Notes under the pieces: model-generated
Databases searched by the model: none
Seen by the model: only the letters and a program-made list of their open reading frames with translations
What the model was told of the DNA's origin: nothing
Position numbers and translations under genes: made by a program
Shown here: positions 46,852-57,418 of the stretch, piece by piece
Numbering within the stretch: position 1 is the first letter of the stretch
Layout: each line of letters opens with the position of its first letter
Assembly (NCBI GenBank): GCA_942493375.1
Contig: OW818698.1
Location: forward strand, 3,928,946 to 3,992,945
Source: Abditibacteriota bacterium
GTDB lineage: Bacteria; Armatimonadota; UBA5829
Direction: 5' to 3'
Length of the DNA: 64,000 nt

Positions 46852-47814
46852 TCAAGCATAGACATTTTCGTACAGAGCACGAGGTTTCGGTTTAGGAGAC
46901 AGTTCGGCATATTCAATAACTTTCTGCATTTGATTGTCAACATCTGCAGCTATACCAGCTATGCTGTCTTTGTCCAGGATATTCTCTTTGATGAGTCTAT
47001 TACCAAAAGTCACTATCGGGTCGCGTTTCTTCCATTCTTCTATCTCTTCTTTTGTCCTGTATGTGCCAGGATCGGACATTGAGTGGCCTCTGAATCTGTA
47101 GGTTTTGGCTTCCACAAACACAGGTCGTTTGGTTTCTCTGACAGTGCGAATGCAATCCTCTGCCATCTCAGAAACTGCCATGACATCCATACCATCCACT
47201 GTGCGGACATCCATTGCATAGCATTGAGCTCTTTGATAAAGATGAGGAACAGCTGATGCACGTTCGACTGATGTACCCATGCCATATAGATTGTTCTCAC
47301 ATACAAACAGTATAGGCAGGTCCCAGAGAGCGGCAAGATTGAGGGTTTCGTGGAACGATCCCTCATTTATTGCCCCATCCCCAAAAAAACACAGGCAGAT
47401 ATCATCCGTTTTCCGATAGTTAATAGCGAATCCGATTCCGGCGGCGATAGGTAGACCACCTCCGACTATAGCTGTTCCGCCCAGAAATCTTCTATCCATA
47501 TCAAACAGATGCATGGAACCGCCTTTTCCTCCGCAGACTCCACTGGCCTTTCCAAATAACTCCGCCATCACCCTGCGGGGATCGGCACAGCGTGCTATAG
47601 CCAGTCCATGGACACGATAAGCAGCAATCACATAATCTTCAGCTCTGACAGGGGCCATGAATCCTGTCGCGACTGCCTCTTGCCCGATATAGAGATGCAG
47701 AAATCCCCTGATTTTGCCGGCTTCGTACATTTCTGAGGCCATCTCTTCAAACTTGCGAATTAATACCATCTCACGGTATATATCTATTTTCTCCTGGGCT
47801 TCCATCTTAGTCAC
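46852..47814 (-). CDS. 2-oxoacid dehydrogenase E1 component alpha subunit (TPP-binding)
   Basis: TPP motif 'GDGAINEGSFHETLNLAALWDLPILFVCENNLYGMGT'. The E1 phospho-loop region 'YRFRGHSMSDPGTYR'. Confidence 0.8.
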   Translation of the reverse strand: MTKMEAQEKIDIYREMVLIRKFEEMASEMYEAGKIRGFLHLYIGQEAVATGFMAPVRAEDYVIAAYRVHGLAIARCADPRRVMAELFGKASGVCGGKGGSMHLFDMDRRFLGGTAIVGGGLPIAAGIGFAINYRKTDDICLCFFGDGAINEGSFHETLNLAALWDLPILFVCENNLYGMGTSVERASAVPHLYQRAQCYAMDVRTVDGMDVMAVSEMAEDCIRTVRETKRPVFVEAKTYRFRGHSMSDPGTYRTKEEIEEWKKRDPIVTFGNRLIKENILDKDSIAGIAADVDNQMQKVIEYAELSPKPKPRALYENVYA

Positions 47815-47841
47815 CCCAATTCTGATGTAACAACTGATGTC

Positions 47842-48159
47842 TTAGATCACATCAATTTTTGCAGCTAATATAAAATCATTAATAGAGAGCCCGCCTATTT
47901 TATGGGTGCTCAGCTCAATATGAACTTTATTATATGAGATCCTGATATCCGGGTGATGGTTCTCCTGCTCTGCAAGTTCGGCAATTCTGTTGACAAAAAC
48001 CATTGCCTGCAGGAAATCTTTACAAAGCCATTCTCTATATATGGCTTGTTCCTGAATTGTCCATTGAGGAATTTCAGCTGCCAGTTGCTTTTTCTGATCA
48101 TCTGCAAGAATGGGTGTCCCTGAGGAGATTTTGATGCATTTTCCGTCCACGAGTGCCAT
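47842..48159 (-). CDS. Pterin-4a-carbinolamine dehydratase (PCD/DCoH)
   Basis: 'EQENHHPDIRISYNKVHIELSTH' is the PCD signature. 105 aa. Confidence 0.8.
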   Translation of the reverse strand: MALVDGKCIKISSGTPILADDQKKQLAAEIPQWTIQEQAIYREWLCKDFLQAMVFVNRIAELAEQENHHPDIRISYNKVHIELSTHKIGGLSINDFILAAKIDVI

Positions 48160-48379
48160 TATTTTCTCCTGTAACGTATTGATAATGATTATTTACCGCC
48201 ATAGAACCAGTGGTAAACAACAAGACACAAAAAGCTGAAAACTATATCAACGATCGTTCTGTAAATCTTTCGAGATTAGTAATTTCTATTAAGTGCATAT
48301 GTCTTGCTGTTCAGATTGACGGCAGGTGTTTCTGTAAGTTATCATTCGAGTATATCTCTAGTTTTTACAAAGGTGTAAT

Positions 48380-49303
48380 GTGAGTAACAACTATATCCTG
48401 ACTCTTGATTCCAATAATTCTATTACAATGGCACTCGATTGGGGGTGCAATATGTTCTCGTGGAAGTGCGACGGGAACGAGATCATGTATTGCCCAACCG
48501 ATTATCCCCAGGCAGCATGGAAAATAACTGGTGGGGGCAATCCTCTGCTCTTTCCTTCTGTCGGCAGGACATATGACTACTCCGGATCTGAACCGGTCCT
48601 GGGCAGATACACAATCTTTGGTGATGATTCTTACTACGATATGATTACCCACGGTTTTTTGTATGTGTGCACTTGGGAAGTAGTCAGCGAAAGCCGTGAG
48701 AGTGGCGAAGCGAGCGTAACTTTCCGAGCAATTATATCCGATGAAATCCGCGGCAACCGGTATCCATTCGATGTAGAATTTCAACAGACTTATATTCTTT
48801 TTTCAGACAGAGTGGAACTGCGTTCTGAAATAGTAAATACTTCAGACAAGCCAGCTCCTGCTGCATTTGGCTATCATCCCTATTTTAAAGTGTCCAACTC
48901 TGCACGTGAAGGCATATGTGTCGATCTGCCCGTTCAACGACATCTGTTTGTGAATGAACTTACCCAGTTGTCTGGTGACACTGAACCTTGTGAAGGCAAA
49001 ACTGATCTCGAGAAAGATATCTACTACGATCATGCATATGATACTCTGACCGGTACCCGAATGACCCTTACGGATACACAGGCTGGCCATAAAGTCCATG
49101 TGGATTTTGATTCCAAATTTGAGATGCTGTTCTTATACTCTCCGGATGGTTCATCGTTCGTTTGCATCGAACCCTGGACAAAAGGTATGGGTGCTTATGC
49201 TACTCTTAAAGACTCGGGTTGGGAGAATGGTGAAAAGATCCCAGTGATTGGGTCTGGTGAAAAGGTGGAGTACAAAGCTGCGTTTATTGTTGAAAAACTG
49301 TAG
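48380..49303 (+). CDS. Aldose 1-epimerase family protein (galactose mutarotase-like)
   Basis: 'GYHPYFK', 'PWTKGMGAYATL' and a beta-sandwich layout match the aldose epimerase family. Start is GTG 48380 or a later ATG. Confidence 0.55.
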   Translation: MSNNYILTLDSNNSITMALDWGCNMFSWKCDGNEIMYCPTDYPQAAWKITGGGNPLLFPSVGRTYDYSGSEPVLGRYTIFGDDSYYDMITHGFLYVCTWEVVSESRESGEASVTFRAIISDEIRGNRYPFDVEFQQTYILFSDRVELRSEIVNTSDKPAPAAFGYHPYFKVSNSAREGICVDLPVQRHLFVNELTQLSGDTEPCEGKTDLEKDIYYDHAYDTLTGTRMTLTDTQAGHKVHVDFDSKFEMLFLYSPDGSSFVCIEPWTKGMGAYATLKDSGWENGEKIPVIGSGEKVEYKAAFIVEKL

Positions 49304-49306
49304 GAT

Positions 49307-49373
49307 GCCGAACTGGGGTTCGGCGATCCCAGGTTGAGCGGGAGGCCATTGCGGCCTCCCGTTTGTGTTTTTT
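49307..49373. terminator. Tandem hairpins + T-run (bidirectional terminator)
   Basis: GCCGAAC-tggg-GTTCGGC (49307-49324). CGGGAGGCC-attgc-GGCCTCCCG (49339-49361). TTTGTGTTTTTT follows. The stop of the minus-strand gene lies inside the T-run. Confidence 0.65.
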
Positions 49374-52300
49374 AGTATTTATACAAGTGGGTTTCTAGCG
49401 GTTTGAATGTCTCTTTGAGTTTGTTGTTGGTTGGCTCTACTTTTCGGGACTCGAAAAGCACTTCGGTTTTCTTGTCCTTGAATCCACCTATCTCGCATCT
49501 GACGGTTTTGTTGGTCGGATTGACGGCCATCACATAGGTCTTGCCTTTATATGTCCATTGATTTGTGTGAATTTCCTTTGAGCTGCAGGAGATTGGACCT
49601 TTGGATTTGCCGGTCAGATAGACGGGAGCCATATCTGAAACTTCTTTATTGAGTATTGTGAAGTAGTCCCAGAGCTTGCTGTCCGGCAGGAACCATTGAT
49701 TGCGGCCTTTAGGATTGTCTTTCCATTGTTCTGAAGTCCAGAATGCATACCATATGAATCCTTTGACTCCATGTACCAGGCTGATATATGCTTCGCATCT
49801 CAGTTCTTCGCCAGTAGGTTCGCTCCACGGCGAATTACCTATTGTAAAGGCCTGTGGGACCATCCAGATAGGCTTTGTACCATTGCAAGCATCATTGCCC
49901 TTCTGTATCCAATTGGCTATCCCGGACAAGGGACTGTATCGGATCAGGTAGGGGTCCATCATTACAAAGTCAAATCCCTGAAGAGCTGGTTTAAACAGGT
50001 CTGGTGAACAAACCGCTGCTGAGACTGGTCTGTTGGGATCGAGTTTGGATGTTTTTGCCAGAGCATCGCGTATCCAGATCAGTCGCTCCCCGGATGGTTC
50101 ATCTGATCCGTACCACATAAGTATATTGCTGAATTTGTTAGCCGTCGCGACCTGCTCTGCAGTTGGGGAAGCAACTTCAGGGACGACCCATAAGCCTTGT
50201 TCTTCGGCTTTCTGGAGGTATTCATCTGTGGGCATGCCCCAGGTATGGTGAATGACATTGAAACCGTGTTGTTTAACTTGCTTCATGCTGTCCCATAGAT
50301 CAACTTCAGGTAGTCCAGCCAGCCGGGTGCCTACGTTGATTGAACTAACAGCTGCCGGGCTGACGTGATATAAACCTATCGGGAAGAAAGGTTTACCGTT
50401 TACATAACAAGTCTTGTCAGCAGTGAATGTTACCTCTGTTTTCGCAGGAGGTGCAATTACCAGAGGCATATCTCTGGTAGCTATGATCCTAAAACTATCT
50501 GACAATTCAAAGTTGAGAGTGTAATTTCCATATGCCAGTTTGCTCAAGTCTTTTGCAATTTTCAATGGCCGTCTGGATGAGACACCCCGGCGCATGGTGA
50601 ATACTGCATTACCACTCTGGTCTTTGATCGAAAAAGCAAGGTTCATTTTGCTCTTTGATTGAGAACCTATGATACATTCAGCCAGCAGTTTCTTGACAGG
50701 ATCTTTTGACTGAACATTGGTCCGGAATGTTGGACTTATTATTCGGACATCAATCTCAGGTATTGGAACAGCTCTTATAACACCGCTGCAGGCCAGTATA
50801 TGATCTGCATCTTCTGGATCCTTAAGCAGCAATTGCAGATTGCGTGGCTGGCTGGAATCCAGATCGAAATCGATATTGATGTTTGATTTAACTTTTCCAG
50901 CAGTGATATTGCAGCTTGTGATAGATTTACCAGTTGTTGAATCAATTAGTTCAAGGGTAGCTTCTGCAGACTGGCCAGAATGCCCATTTATGATCGCGAC
51001 CAGTCGGTTAGCTCCCGTGAACCATGTTTTCGGTAGCTTGGTCTCTATCACAGGGCTGCAAGGATAATTGGTGGAATTTACGGACATTCCGGGCAGAGTA
51101 CCGAACTGTTCTGGCTTGTGGAAGTAACCGAACGTAGGTGACCAGTTGGTGTTTTCACGTGTCTGTTCGCTTCCTGGTCTTGCTGTGCGGCAGAAGTTGG
51201 CTGCCCAGATGCCTTTGGAAGCTATTGCATCCTCACCAAGTGAAGCAAACGGGACTCGGATTTCGGCAATCCATCCTTTGTCTCCAATGGATGTTTTAGC
51301 CTGCCAATAACCATCCCAGTTGGTCTCAGTCATCCTGGCGTCGTACATTACACCAGAGCAACCTAATCCGAAATGGAAGTATGTGTTACGCTCACCAGTT
51401 GGATCCAGGAAAAACTCCACACTGTCATTGTCCCAGTATCGATCGTCCCGTGCTGTAAGGTCTTTAACAATGTTCGCAATGTCAGTATCCGTACACTCGA
51501 AGAGTATATATAGATCATCCTTATAGCGACCCAACCGGCATTTTGTAGGCTGGGTATAGGCATAGCCTCCGGTCATATCGTATAACTCGGGTATCAGAGC
51601 TGCATTATCCCATTCGGATGTTTCAATAGTCCCATCTATCTTCGGAGCAGCCGCCATGACCGGCATATCGAGTGTGGGGTGACTGTTCGATCTTTTACTG
51701 GTTGCTTCTTCTTTTGCAATGGCTTTGGCGATTCTGGATGGATCTTTGGTCCACTTAACAAGATTGTCCAGGAATTTCGCGGAGGGCCAACCGTGTTGAC
51801 GGGAAAGTGTTGATACAACAATGGTTCCCTTACCAATCTCTGTGACTGTTGCTGCCGGTCTACCGTTGGGATATGTTACTAAAGGGATCATTGATACACC
51901 AGTATATTCCGGCAAATTCCAGGCCAGGATGGGGGTCTCTACCCCATTCATTAACGGATGCTCAGGGTTAACTCTGATTGCCGGGGTATTCTGAGCATCA
52001 GTGAGTATGCCTGCATCTTTCCAAATAAGTCCGGGATCTATCGATTTTAGCCACTGGAATTGCTGTGCATAGCAGGCATCAGTTACAACCAGACACCCCC
52101 CTGAGCTTATATAGTCCCTGAATTGCTTCCCCAGAAGTGACAGGTCCTGGATGTTTTTATAATTAAATAACGTGCCTAGAATGACGATATCATACTTATT
52201 CAGCTTGTTAGCAAGCTCTGCTGCCTGAGCATTGCTGTAGGTATCCTGAGTCCAACCCAGGGATGATAGAATTGGGGTCTGTTGCTCTTTATAGTCTGCA

Positions 52301-52401
52301 GTATATTCGGTGCAGTACATAACTGCAGCTTTGGTCTGACCAAACGCTGCTACGGTTCCTATTAGCAGGAAGAATACGATTGTAAAAATAACAGCTTTCA
52401 A
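49372..52401 (-). CDS. Large secreted glycoside-hydrolase-like protein with an internal CBM9-like/DOMON-like domain
   Basis: Signal peptide MKAVIFTIVFFLLIGTVAAFG. CBM9-like segment 'DDLYILFECTDTDIANIVKDLTARDDRYWDNDSVEFFLDP'. 1009 aa. Confidence 0.5.
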   Translation of the reverse strand: MKAVIFTIVFFLLIGTVAAFGQTKAAVMYCTEYTADYKEQQTPILSSLGWTQDTYSNAQAAELANKLNKYDIVILGTLFNYKNIQDLSLLGKQFRDYISSGGCLVVTDACYAQQFQWLKSIDPGLIWKDAGILTDAQNTPAIRVNPEHPLMNGVETPILAWNLPEYTGVSMIPLVTYPNGRPAATVTEIGKGTIVVSTLSRQHGWPSAKFLDNLVKWTKDPSRIAKAIAKEEATSKRSNSHPTLDMPVMAAAPKIDGTIETSEWDNAALIPELYDMTGGYAYTQPTKCRLGRYKDDLYILFECTDTDIANIVKDLTARDDRYWDNDSVEFFLDPTGERNTYFHFGLGCSGVMYDARMTETNWDGYWQAKTSIGDKGWIAEIRVPFASLGEDAIASKGIWAANFCRTARPGSEQTRENTNWSPTFGYFHKPEQFGTLPGMSVNSTNYPCSPVIETKLPKTWFTGANRLVAIINGHSGQSAEATLELIDSTTGKSITSCNITAGKVKSNINIDFDLDSSQPRNLQLLLKDPEDADHILACSGVIRAVPIPEIDVRIISPTFRTNVQSKDPVKKLLAECIIGSQSKSKMNLAFSIKDQSGNAVFTMRRGVSSRRPLKIAKDLSKLAYGNYTLNFELSDSFRIIATRDMPLVIAPPAKTEVTFTADKTCYVNGKPFFPIGLYHVSPAAVSSINVGTRLAGLPEVDLWDSMKQVKQHGFNVIHHTWGMPTDEYLQKAEEQGLWVVPEVASPTAEQVATANKFSNILMWYGSDEPSGERLIWIRDALAKTSKLDPNRPVSAAVCSPDLFKPALQGFDFVMMDPYLIRYSPLSGIANWIQKGNDACNGTKPIWMVPQAFTIGNSPWSEPTGEELRCEAYISLVHGVKGFIWYAFWTSEQWKDNPKGRNQWFLPDSKLWDYFTILNKEVSDMAPVYLTGKSKGPISCSSKEIHTNQWTYKGKTYVMAVNPTNKTVRCEIGGFKDKKTEVLFESRKVEPTNNKLKETFKPLETHLYKY

Positions 52402-52526
52402 ATTTCTGGCCTCCGAGGTGCTTGTATAAGAAGTGTTACGACAAGAGTGTGGGTGGAAGTTTGGTCAATTATAGCATGTTGGCTCTAAATGAGGGGAGTT
52501 GGCATAGACGAACTGGGGGATTTTGC

Positions 52527-52564
52527 ATCAGACTGATCTGTCGGATCCGACCGATCAGTCTGAT
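52527..52564. repeat. 38-nt near-perfect palindrome centred on GGATCC
   Basis: ATCAGACTGATCTGTCGGATCCGACCGATCAGTCTGAT has one mismatch. It lies between the HAD gene's 3' end and the GH gene's 5' end. Confidence 0.6.
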
Positions 52565-52611
52565 TTGGTGTTGTGCGGTTGAGCGCGTTTATTCTCTCTC
52601 CCACACGCTTT

Positions 52612-53499
52612 TTAAAGTGTCCAGGGCGGATTTTCAGGAAGATATTTGTCGAATTCTGCGATGAGATTGGTCTCATACTCTCCGGCATAGGTGCCATTTA
52701 GGAATTTGTCATATGCTTCCTCATAAAAACGCTGCCACGATAGGTCTTCATTGCCTGGATTGATCGGGTAATACAGGCAATTGTTTGCTCTGGCAGCTTT
52801 GAAGTCACCAGGAGCATCACCGATCATCAGCACGTGGTCTGGTTGATATCTGCCATCGATTGCGTATGCCAGGTGCTCTTTCTTGGTTCCCATCTCCTGA
52901 CCCGCAATCACTTTTACATATTTGGAAATGTCGTGTTCTTCCCATTCACGTGTCAGGGCTTCACCCGGGGTTGCGCTGACGACTATCGCGTCTGCGGTGC
53001 TCTGTAGCTTCTCCAGACTCTCCCTTACAAATGGAAATGGAGGGACTCCACGGACGATCTCTTCAACGCTCTTATTGACTGCTTTGCTCCATGCTAATGC
53101 CTGGGTAAGAATAGGGTCGCCAGTCTCTTTGACAGCCTTTTCTAACGCAGGATTCCCCAGCTTGGTCTCGGTGTTCATCCAAACGCGCATTGATTCGGCC
53201 TTGGGTATGACTACACCACGTTTGATAACCTCCGGACGAACTTCCAGCAGGTCAAACACCATCGCTAATGCAGGAAAACGATTTATACCTCTCCACTTTG
53301 AGTAGAGATTTACAAACTCCCCGGCTTCTCTGGCATATTTTGAAACAGCCTGCAGGTTCCAGTAATTGATTATATTGGGAATAAAGCACTCTTTGTGCTT
53401 AATTTCCATAGTATCAAACGCACACCCGTCTGAATCTATACCAACGAGAAAATCATGCTCTTTCTTCAAATCTTTCAGCTGCTGTGCAGGATCACTCAT
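52612..53499 (-). CDS. HAD-superfamily hydrolase/phosphatase
   Basis: Motif I 'GIDSDGCAFD' (DxDG). Motif IV 'MIGDAPGDFKAARANN'. Confidence 0.5.
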   Translation of the reverse strand: MSDPAQQLKDLKKEHDFLVGIDSDGCAFDTMEIKHKECFIPNIINYWNLQAVSKYAREAGEFVNLYSKWRGINRFPALAMVFDLLEVRPEVIKRGVVIPKAESMRVWMNTETKLGNPALEKAVKETGDPILTQALAWSKAVNKSVEEIVRGVPPFPFVRESLEKLQSTADAIVVSATPGEALTREWEEHDISKYVKVIAGQEMGTKKEHLAYAIDGRYQPDHVLMIGDAPGDFKAARANNCLYYPINPGNEDLSWQRFYEEAYDKFLNGTYAGEYETNLIAEFDKYLPENPPWTL

Positions 53500-53585
53500 G
53501 TTATTCGAACTACCCCCATTTTAGATGTTAGAGGTTGGAGGTTAGAAACTCAACCTACAACCTCGATAATGTAATACAATGGTTG

Positions 53586-53646
53586 CTAGTAGTCCGTTCG
53601 TCCTGAGTAGCGCGAAGCGCGTATCGAAGGATGGACGGACTACTAG
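53586..53646 (-). terminator. 18-bp stem hairpin enclosing a GCGCGAAGCGCG mini-hairpin, downstream of the PFK gene
   Basis: CTAGTAGTCCGTTCGTCC / GGATGGACGGACTACTAG with 2 G-U wobbles. The loop carries the ultra-stable GCGAAGC-type mini-hairpin. A second IR lies at ~53531-53564. Confidence 0.4.
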
Positions 53647-53664
53647 CAAATACTGAACTGTTAC

Positions 53665-54957
53665 CTATTTCCTATGTCCTTGAGGAATATATTCCGGCAG
53701 TTTGCGGTCGGCGAACATTGGTTTCAGTTTTGAGAACCTCATTATGCCGTCTACCAATGGAACACTGACCCAGTCTTCTCCAATCAGAGGCCTGGAATAC
53801 TTCAGGAATTCATCGGTGACATCTATCTTGCTTTCAGCCAGCCACTCAGGCAGGAATGTTCTCTCAGAGTTTGCCACTAAATCCAAAGGCACCTTGTCAT
53901 AATACACGTTATATATTGAACCAGGTTGCCGCAGGATTGTTGCCATATATCCCGAACCGTCTTCTGCTGCTATCTGAACAGCCTTCTGGCCGACTTTGTA
54001 GGCTTCATCCAAGTCAACGCTGGATGCATATACTATAGCATCCCTCTGGTCGGTGCCGGGAACCTGACATCTGGCTGCTCCTCTTGCTGCCAACCCTACT
54101 GTGTTCAAGTAATTTACAACTACCTGTGCCGCCGTAGTCTGACTGGCGCTGAATTGTGTATGTCCGAATGAGTCCTTTGTCTCACCAAGGTCAGCTAATG
54201 GCATTCCTTCGTTCACTACTACCATACATCTGCCTGATCGCTTGAGCTGGTCATTTACATTGTCAGCTAACTCTTTGAGGCCAAGACCGGATTCTGCAAG
54301 ATATATCTGCAGGGGCATCTCCCTGTTAGGATCTGCAAGTCTGGCTGCTGCGGCAATAAACCCGATTTTCCGTCCCATCGCCTGCATAACAAGCACAGGA
54401 TCCGCAGGAGAGGAACCATTATTCTCTTCATTGGCGCACTGGACAAGTGAAGCCCAGTATTTTGCTACGCTTCCATAGCCTGGAGTATGGTCGATTAGCT
54501 TGAACTCAGAGTCCCCTACATCATTATCAATGGTCTTTGGAACACCAACACCAACAAGCTCCAGTCCGCTCTCACCAGCAAGCTTAGCAATCTTGTTAGC
54601 GGTATCCATAGAATCGTTACCGCCGATGTAAAAAAGATAGCCAACATCATGAGCTTTGAGGACGTCAATAACTCTTGCAAAGTCCTCCTGCTGGTCCTTT
54701 TTGAGCTTATATCGGCATGTTCCAATAGATCCGGCAGCTGGAGTTGTTCGCAGTAGAGATATCTCCATAGGATCTTGATCGGACATATTTAGGAGTTCTT
54801 CCTTCAGGATTCCTTCCACGCCGTGATATCCGCCATACACTGTTCCGAACTTCTCAGGATAAGCCTTGCACGCTTCGATAACTCCTCTCAAGGAGTTGTT
54901 AATCACAGGAGAAGGCCCCCCGGACTGTGCAACAACAACATTGCGAGCTCTACCCAT
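53665..54957 (-). CDS. Phosphofructokinase family protein (long, probably PPi-dependent PFK/PFP type)
   Basis: N-terminal 'VVVAQSGGPSPVINNSL'. 'IGGNDS' and 'GYMATILRQPG' motifs. 430 aa. Confidence 0.6.
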   Translation of the reverse strand: MGRARNVVVAQSGGPSPVINNSLRGVIEACKAYPEKFGTVYGGYHGVEGILKEELLNMSDQDPMEISLLRTTPAAGSIGTCRYKLKKDQQEDFARVIDVLKAHDVGYLFYIGGNDSMDTANKIAKLAGESGLELVGVGVPKTIDNDVGDSEFKLIDHTPGYGSVAKYWASLVQCANEENNGSSPADPVLVMQAMGRKIGFIAAAARLADPNREMPLQIYLAESGLGLKELADNVNDQLKRSGRCMVVVNEGMPLADLGETKDSFGHTQFSASQTTAAQVVVNYLNTVGLAARGAARCQVPGTDQRDAIVYASSVDLDEAYKVGQKAVQIAAEDGSGYMATILRQPGSIYNVYYDKVPLDLVANSERTFLPEWLAESKIDVTDEFLKYSRPLIGEDWVSVPLVDGIMRFSKLKPMFADRKLPEYIPQGHRK

Positions 54958-55009
54958 AACTCAAATTCCCCCGCTTTCCACTTTCAACTTTCAACTATCC
55001 ACTATTCTC

Positions 55010-55864
55010 TCATACTCCGCTGTAAGCTGAGAATCCACCGTCCACAGGAATGACTACACCTGTTACAAATTCCGATGCGTCGGTTACAAGCCACATCAGT
55101 GTACCACTCAGGTCTTCAGGTTTGCCGAATTTCCCCATTGGGGTATGTGACATAATCTTATGACCCCTGGCTGTTAGTTCGCCTGTCTTTTCATCAGTGA
55201 GCAGGAATCGGTTCTGATCCGTCAGGAAGAATCCTGGAGCAATAGCATTGACCCTGATCCCGACAGGCGCCAGATGGACTGATAGCCACTGTGTGAAATT
55301 GGAAACTGCAGCTTTGGCAGCTGAGTAAGCAGGGATTCTTGTCAATGGACGGAATGCGTTCATCGATGAGATATTTACAATGACCCCGCTGCCCTTTTCG
55401 GCCATGACTCTGGCGAAAACCTGAGTTGGCAGGAGAGCACCAAGGAAATTCAAGTTGAATACAAACTGAACTCCTGATGGATCCAGATCGAAGAACGTCT
55501 TCAAGCCTTCAATTGGCTCCAGCAGGTCCTCTGGTACCAGGTTATCTTTGGTTGTCGTAGCCTTTGGACTGTTGCCCCCAGCACCATTTATAAGGATATC
55601 AACAGTGCCGAATGTCTCAATTGTTTTGTTGCAAGCTTCCTGGAGGCTATCGCGGTTTAATACATCGCAGGCCAGTCCAAGTGCTTTAGCTCCCATCATT
55701 CTGACTTCATTAGCTGCAGCTTCGGCAGCTTCTGGTCTCAGATCAAGGACTACTACATTCGCTCCATTTCGAGCCAGTTCATTTGCCATCGTCTTGCACA
55801 GGACACCACCGCCGCCGGTTACTATTGCAGTCTTCCCCTGTAACTCAAGAATCTCATTACACAT
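55010..55864 (-). CDS. Short-chain dehydrogenase/reductase (SDR) family oxidoreductase
   Basis: 'KTAIVTGGGGVLCKTMANELARNGANVVVLD' (TGxxxGxG Rossmann fold). 'NGAGGNSP', and a YxxxK region. Confidence 0.7.
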   Translation of the reverse strand: MCNEILELQGKTAIVTGGGGVLCKTMANELARNGANVVVLDLRPEAAEAAANEVRMMGAKALGLACDVLNRDSLQEACNKTIETFGTVDILINGAGGNSPKATTTKDNLVPEDLLEPIEGLKTFFDLDPSGVQFVFNLNFLGALLPTQVFARVMAEKGSGVIVNISSMNAFRPLTRIPAYSAAKAAVSNFTQWLSVHLAPVGIRVNAIAPGFFLTDQNRFLLTDEKTGELTARGHKIMSHTPMGKFGKPEDLSGTLMWLVTDASEFVTGVVIPVDGGFSAYSGV

Positions 55865-55939
55865 AAAAAATCATCTCCCAAAATCATATGCTGGAAGTTG
55901 GTAGCCAGATAATTCGCTCTCAACTCTCCACTTTTATCT

Positions 55940-57418
55940 CTAAACTAATGCCAAGTGTCGCTTTATATGATCAGACACGAATTCGTAGTGCTTATCTTCG
56001 TTGGTCTTCAGAGCTTCGTATATCCTGTCCTTGCAGGTATCCAGCAGGACTCCATAAGAAATATGGAACAGCTGCCGGACTTCGTTAAGGTCAAAGAATG
56101 CCATTACATCTGCTGGCACATCAGCAGGGAAATGCTCCGGGGTTATATACACGTGATAAGCTTTCTTGCTTTCAATGAGATTATCCAGGCACAATTTGTA
56201 GAGTTCCGCAAAGAAATCTGTATCAGTTGAAGCAATCAAGCGGACAGCTTCCAGCCAGCTTGTGCCGGAGGTTTTTATATGAAAGTTTCCCTCTGTAGTT
56301 AGAGCATATAATGGATACACGCTGAATTTATCGCTGCCGGAATGCAGACTCAAGCGATATCCACCTAAGCTCTTAGCGATTGCTCCGTGTATAGCCATTG
56401 ACTTTGCGAGTTCATCCGCATCTCCCATATACTCGATACCTTTTTGGAACTCACCGGGGAACTTGGGCGCAAGGCTGGTGAAACTCAAGCCTGATCGGTG
56501 CAAATATTCGGCAACATAGATATGGTCTTCAGGAGTAGTGTCACGGCTGCCTTCATCTATAGAGACTTCCAGGTCATAGGCTTTCAATTTGCTTTTCAGG
56601 ATTGAATCGAAGTTGATCACTTGGTCCATAGAAGATTCATACACAATCGCTGATTTAGCCAGTTCATTTTCTGCAAATGTATAACCGGCAATAGTCATGC
56701 CTTTGAGATCTTTTATTAAAGCTTTACTGATTTCGGATAGCGACTCTACCCTGGATGACAAGCCACAAGGACAAATTCCGGATATATCGGTTAGAAAATC
56801 GCTGACATCCAGAGTGTACATTGAGTATCCAGCTTCAATGCCTTCCAGTAGGTACTTTTCATCCTTAATATGATCTGCATCAGCTCCGTAGCCCTTATCC
56901 CAACCGGTTTCCAGGACTCCTACAAATGCATCAAGCAGCACACTTTTAAAACTTCTGTTTGTGCGCATGAGTTCTCTTGGAGATTGCTGTGAGATAACAG
57001 GGAATATTGAGTAACCGGAATCTGCCTGGAGATGTGCAGCCGAAACCAGTCCCAGCCGGTCTCCGGTTCCGAATGATGCTTTCTGATTGCAGGGCACAGG
57101 AGCCATACCGGGATAGTCTTTCAGGAGTTCGTATAATGCCCATGAAGGTTTTTGGACACTGATATCAGGTGCGAGAACACATATGTCAGTATCTGGGGTT
57201 TGAGCAATACTCCCCAAAAATCCTATATATTTATCAGTATTCTTAACTGCAACAAATACCGAAAGATCATCTGAAAGCTTCCTTAAAGACTTCTCGTATA
57301 GTTTATATCCATGCTTGTTCAGCACCTCTAGCAGCTTGTTAATCACTATGCCCAAACCCTCCGTAAAACGTTTGCGTTGATACGCGTATAGTATATCACC
57401 AAGGGAAAACATGTGCAA
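55940..57418 (-). CDS. Hypothetical sugar-metabolism enzyme, possibly a tagaturonate/fructuronate epimerase (UxaE)-like TIM-barrel protein
   Basis: 492 aa. 'GYGADADHIKDEKYLLEGIEAGYSMYTLD' and 'LSLHSGSDKFSVYP' are acidic/His-rich metal-site-like motifs. It lies between an SDR and a PFK, as in a hexuronate/sugar-acid locus. The family assignment is from memory and is low confidence. Confidence 0.3.
   Translation of the reverse strand: MHMFSLGDILYAYQRKRFTEGLGIVINKLLEVLNKHGYKLYEKSLRKLSDDLSVFVAVKNTDKYIGFLGSIAQTPDTDICVLAPDISVQKPSWALYELLKDYPGMAPVPCNQKASFGTGDRLGLVSAAHLQADSGYSIFPVISQQSPRELMRTNRSFKSVLLDAFVGVLETGWDKGYGADADHIKDEKYLLEGIEAGYSMYTLDVSDFLTDISGICPCGLSSRVESLSEISKALIKDLKGMTIAGYTFAENELAKSAIVYESSMDQVINFDSILKSKLKAYDLEVSIDEGSRDTTPEDHIYVAEYLHRSGLSFTSLAPKFPGEFQKGIEYMGDADELAKSMAIHGAIAKSLGGYRLSLHSGSDKFSVYPLYALTTEGNFHIKTSGTSWLEAVRLIASTDTDFFAELYKLCLDNLIESKKAYHVYITPEHFPADVPADVMAFFDLNEVRQLFHISYGVLLDTCKDRIYEALKTNEDKHYEFVSDHIKRHLALV

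Noticed and set aside
48365-48784. Minus-strand ORF 48365..48784 overlapping the start of the aldose-epimerase gene
   Set aside because: It overlaps a CDS that has family motifs (GYHPYFK). It has no RBS and no similarity.
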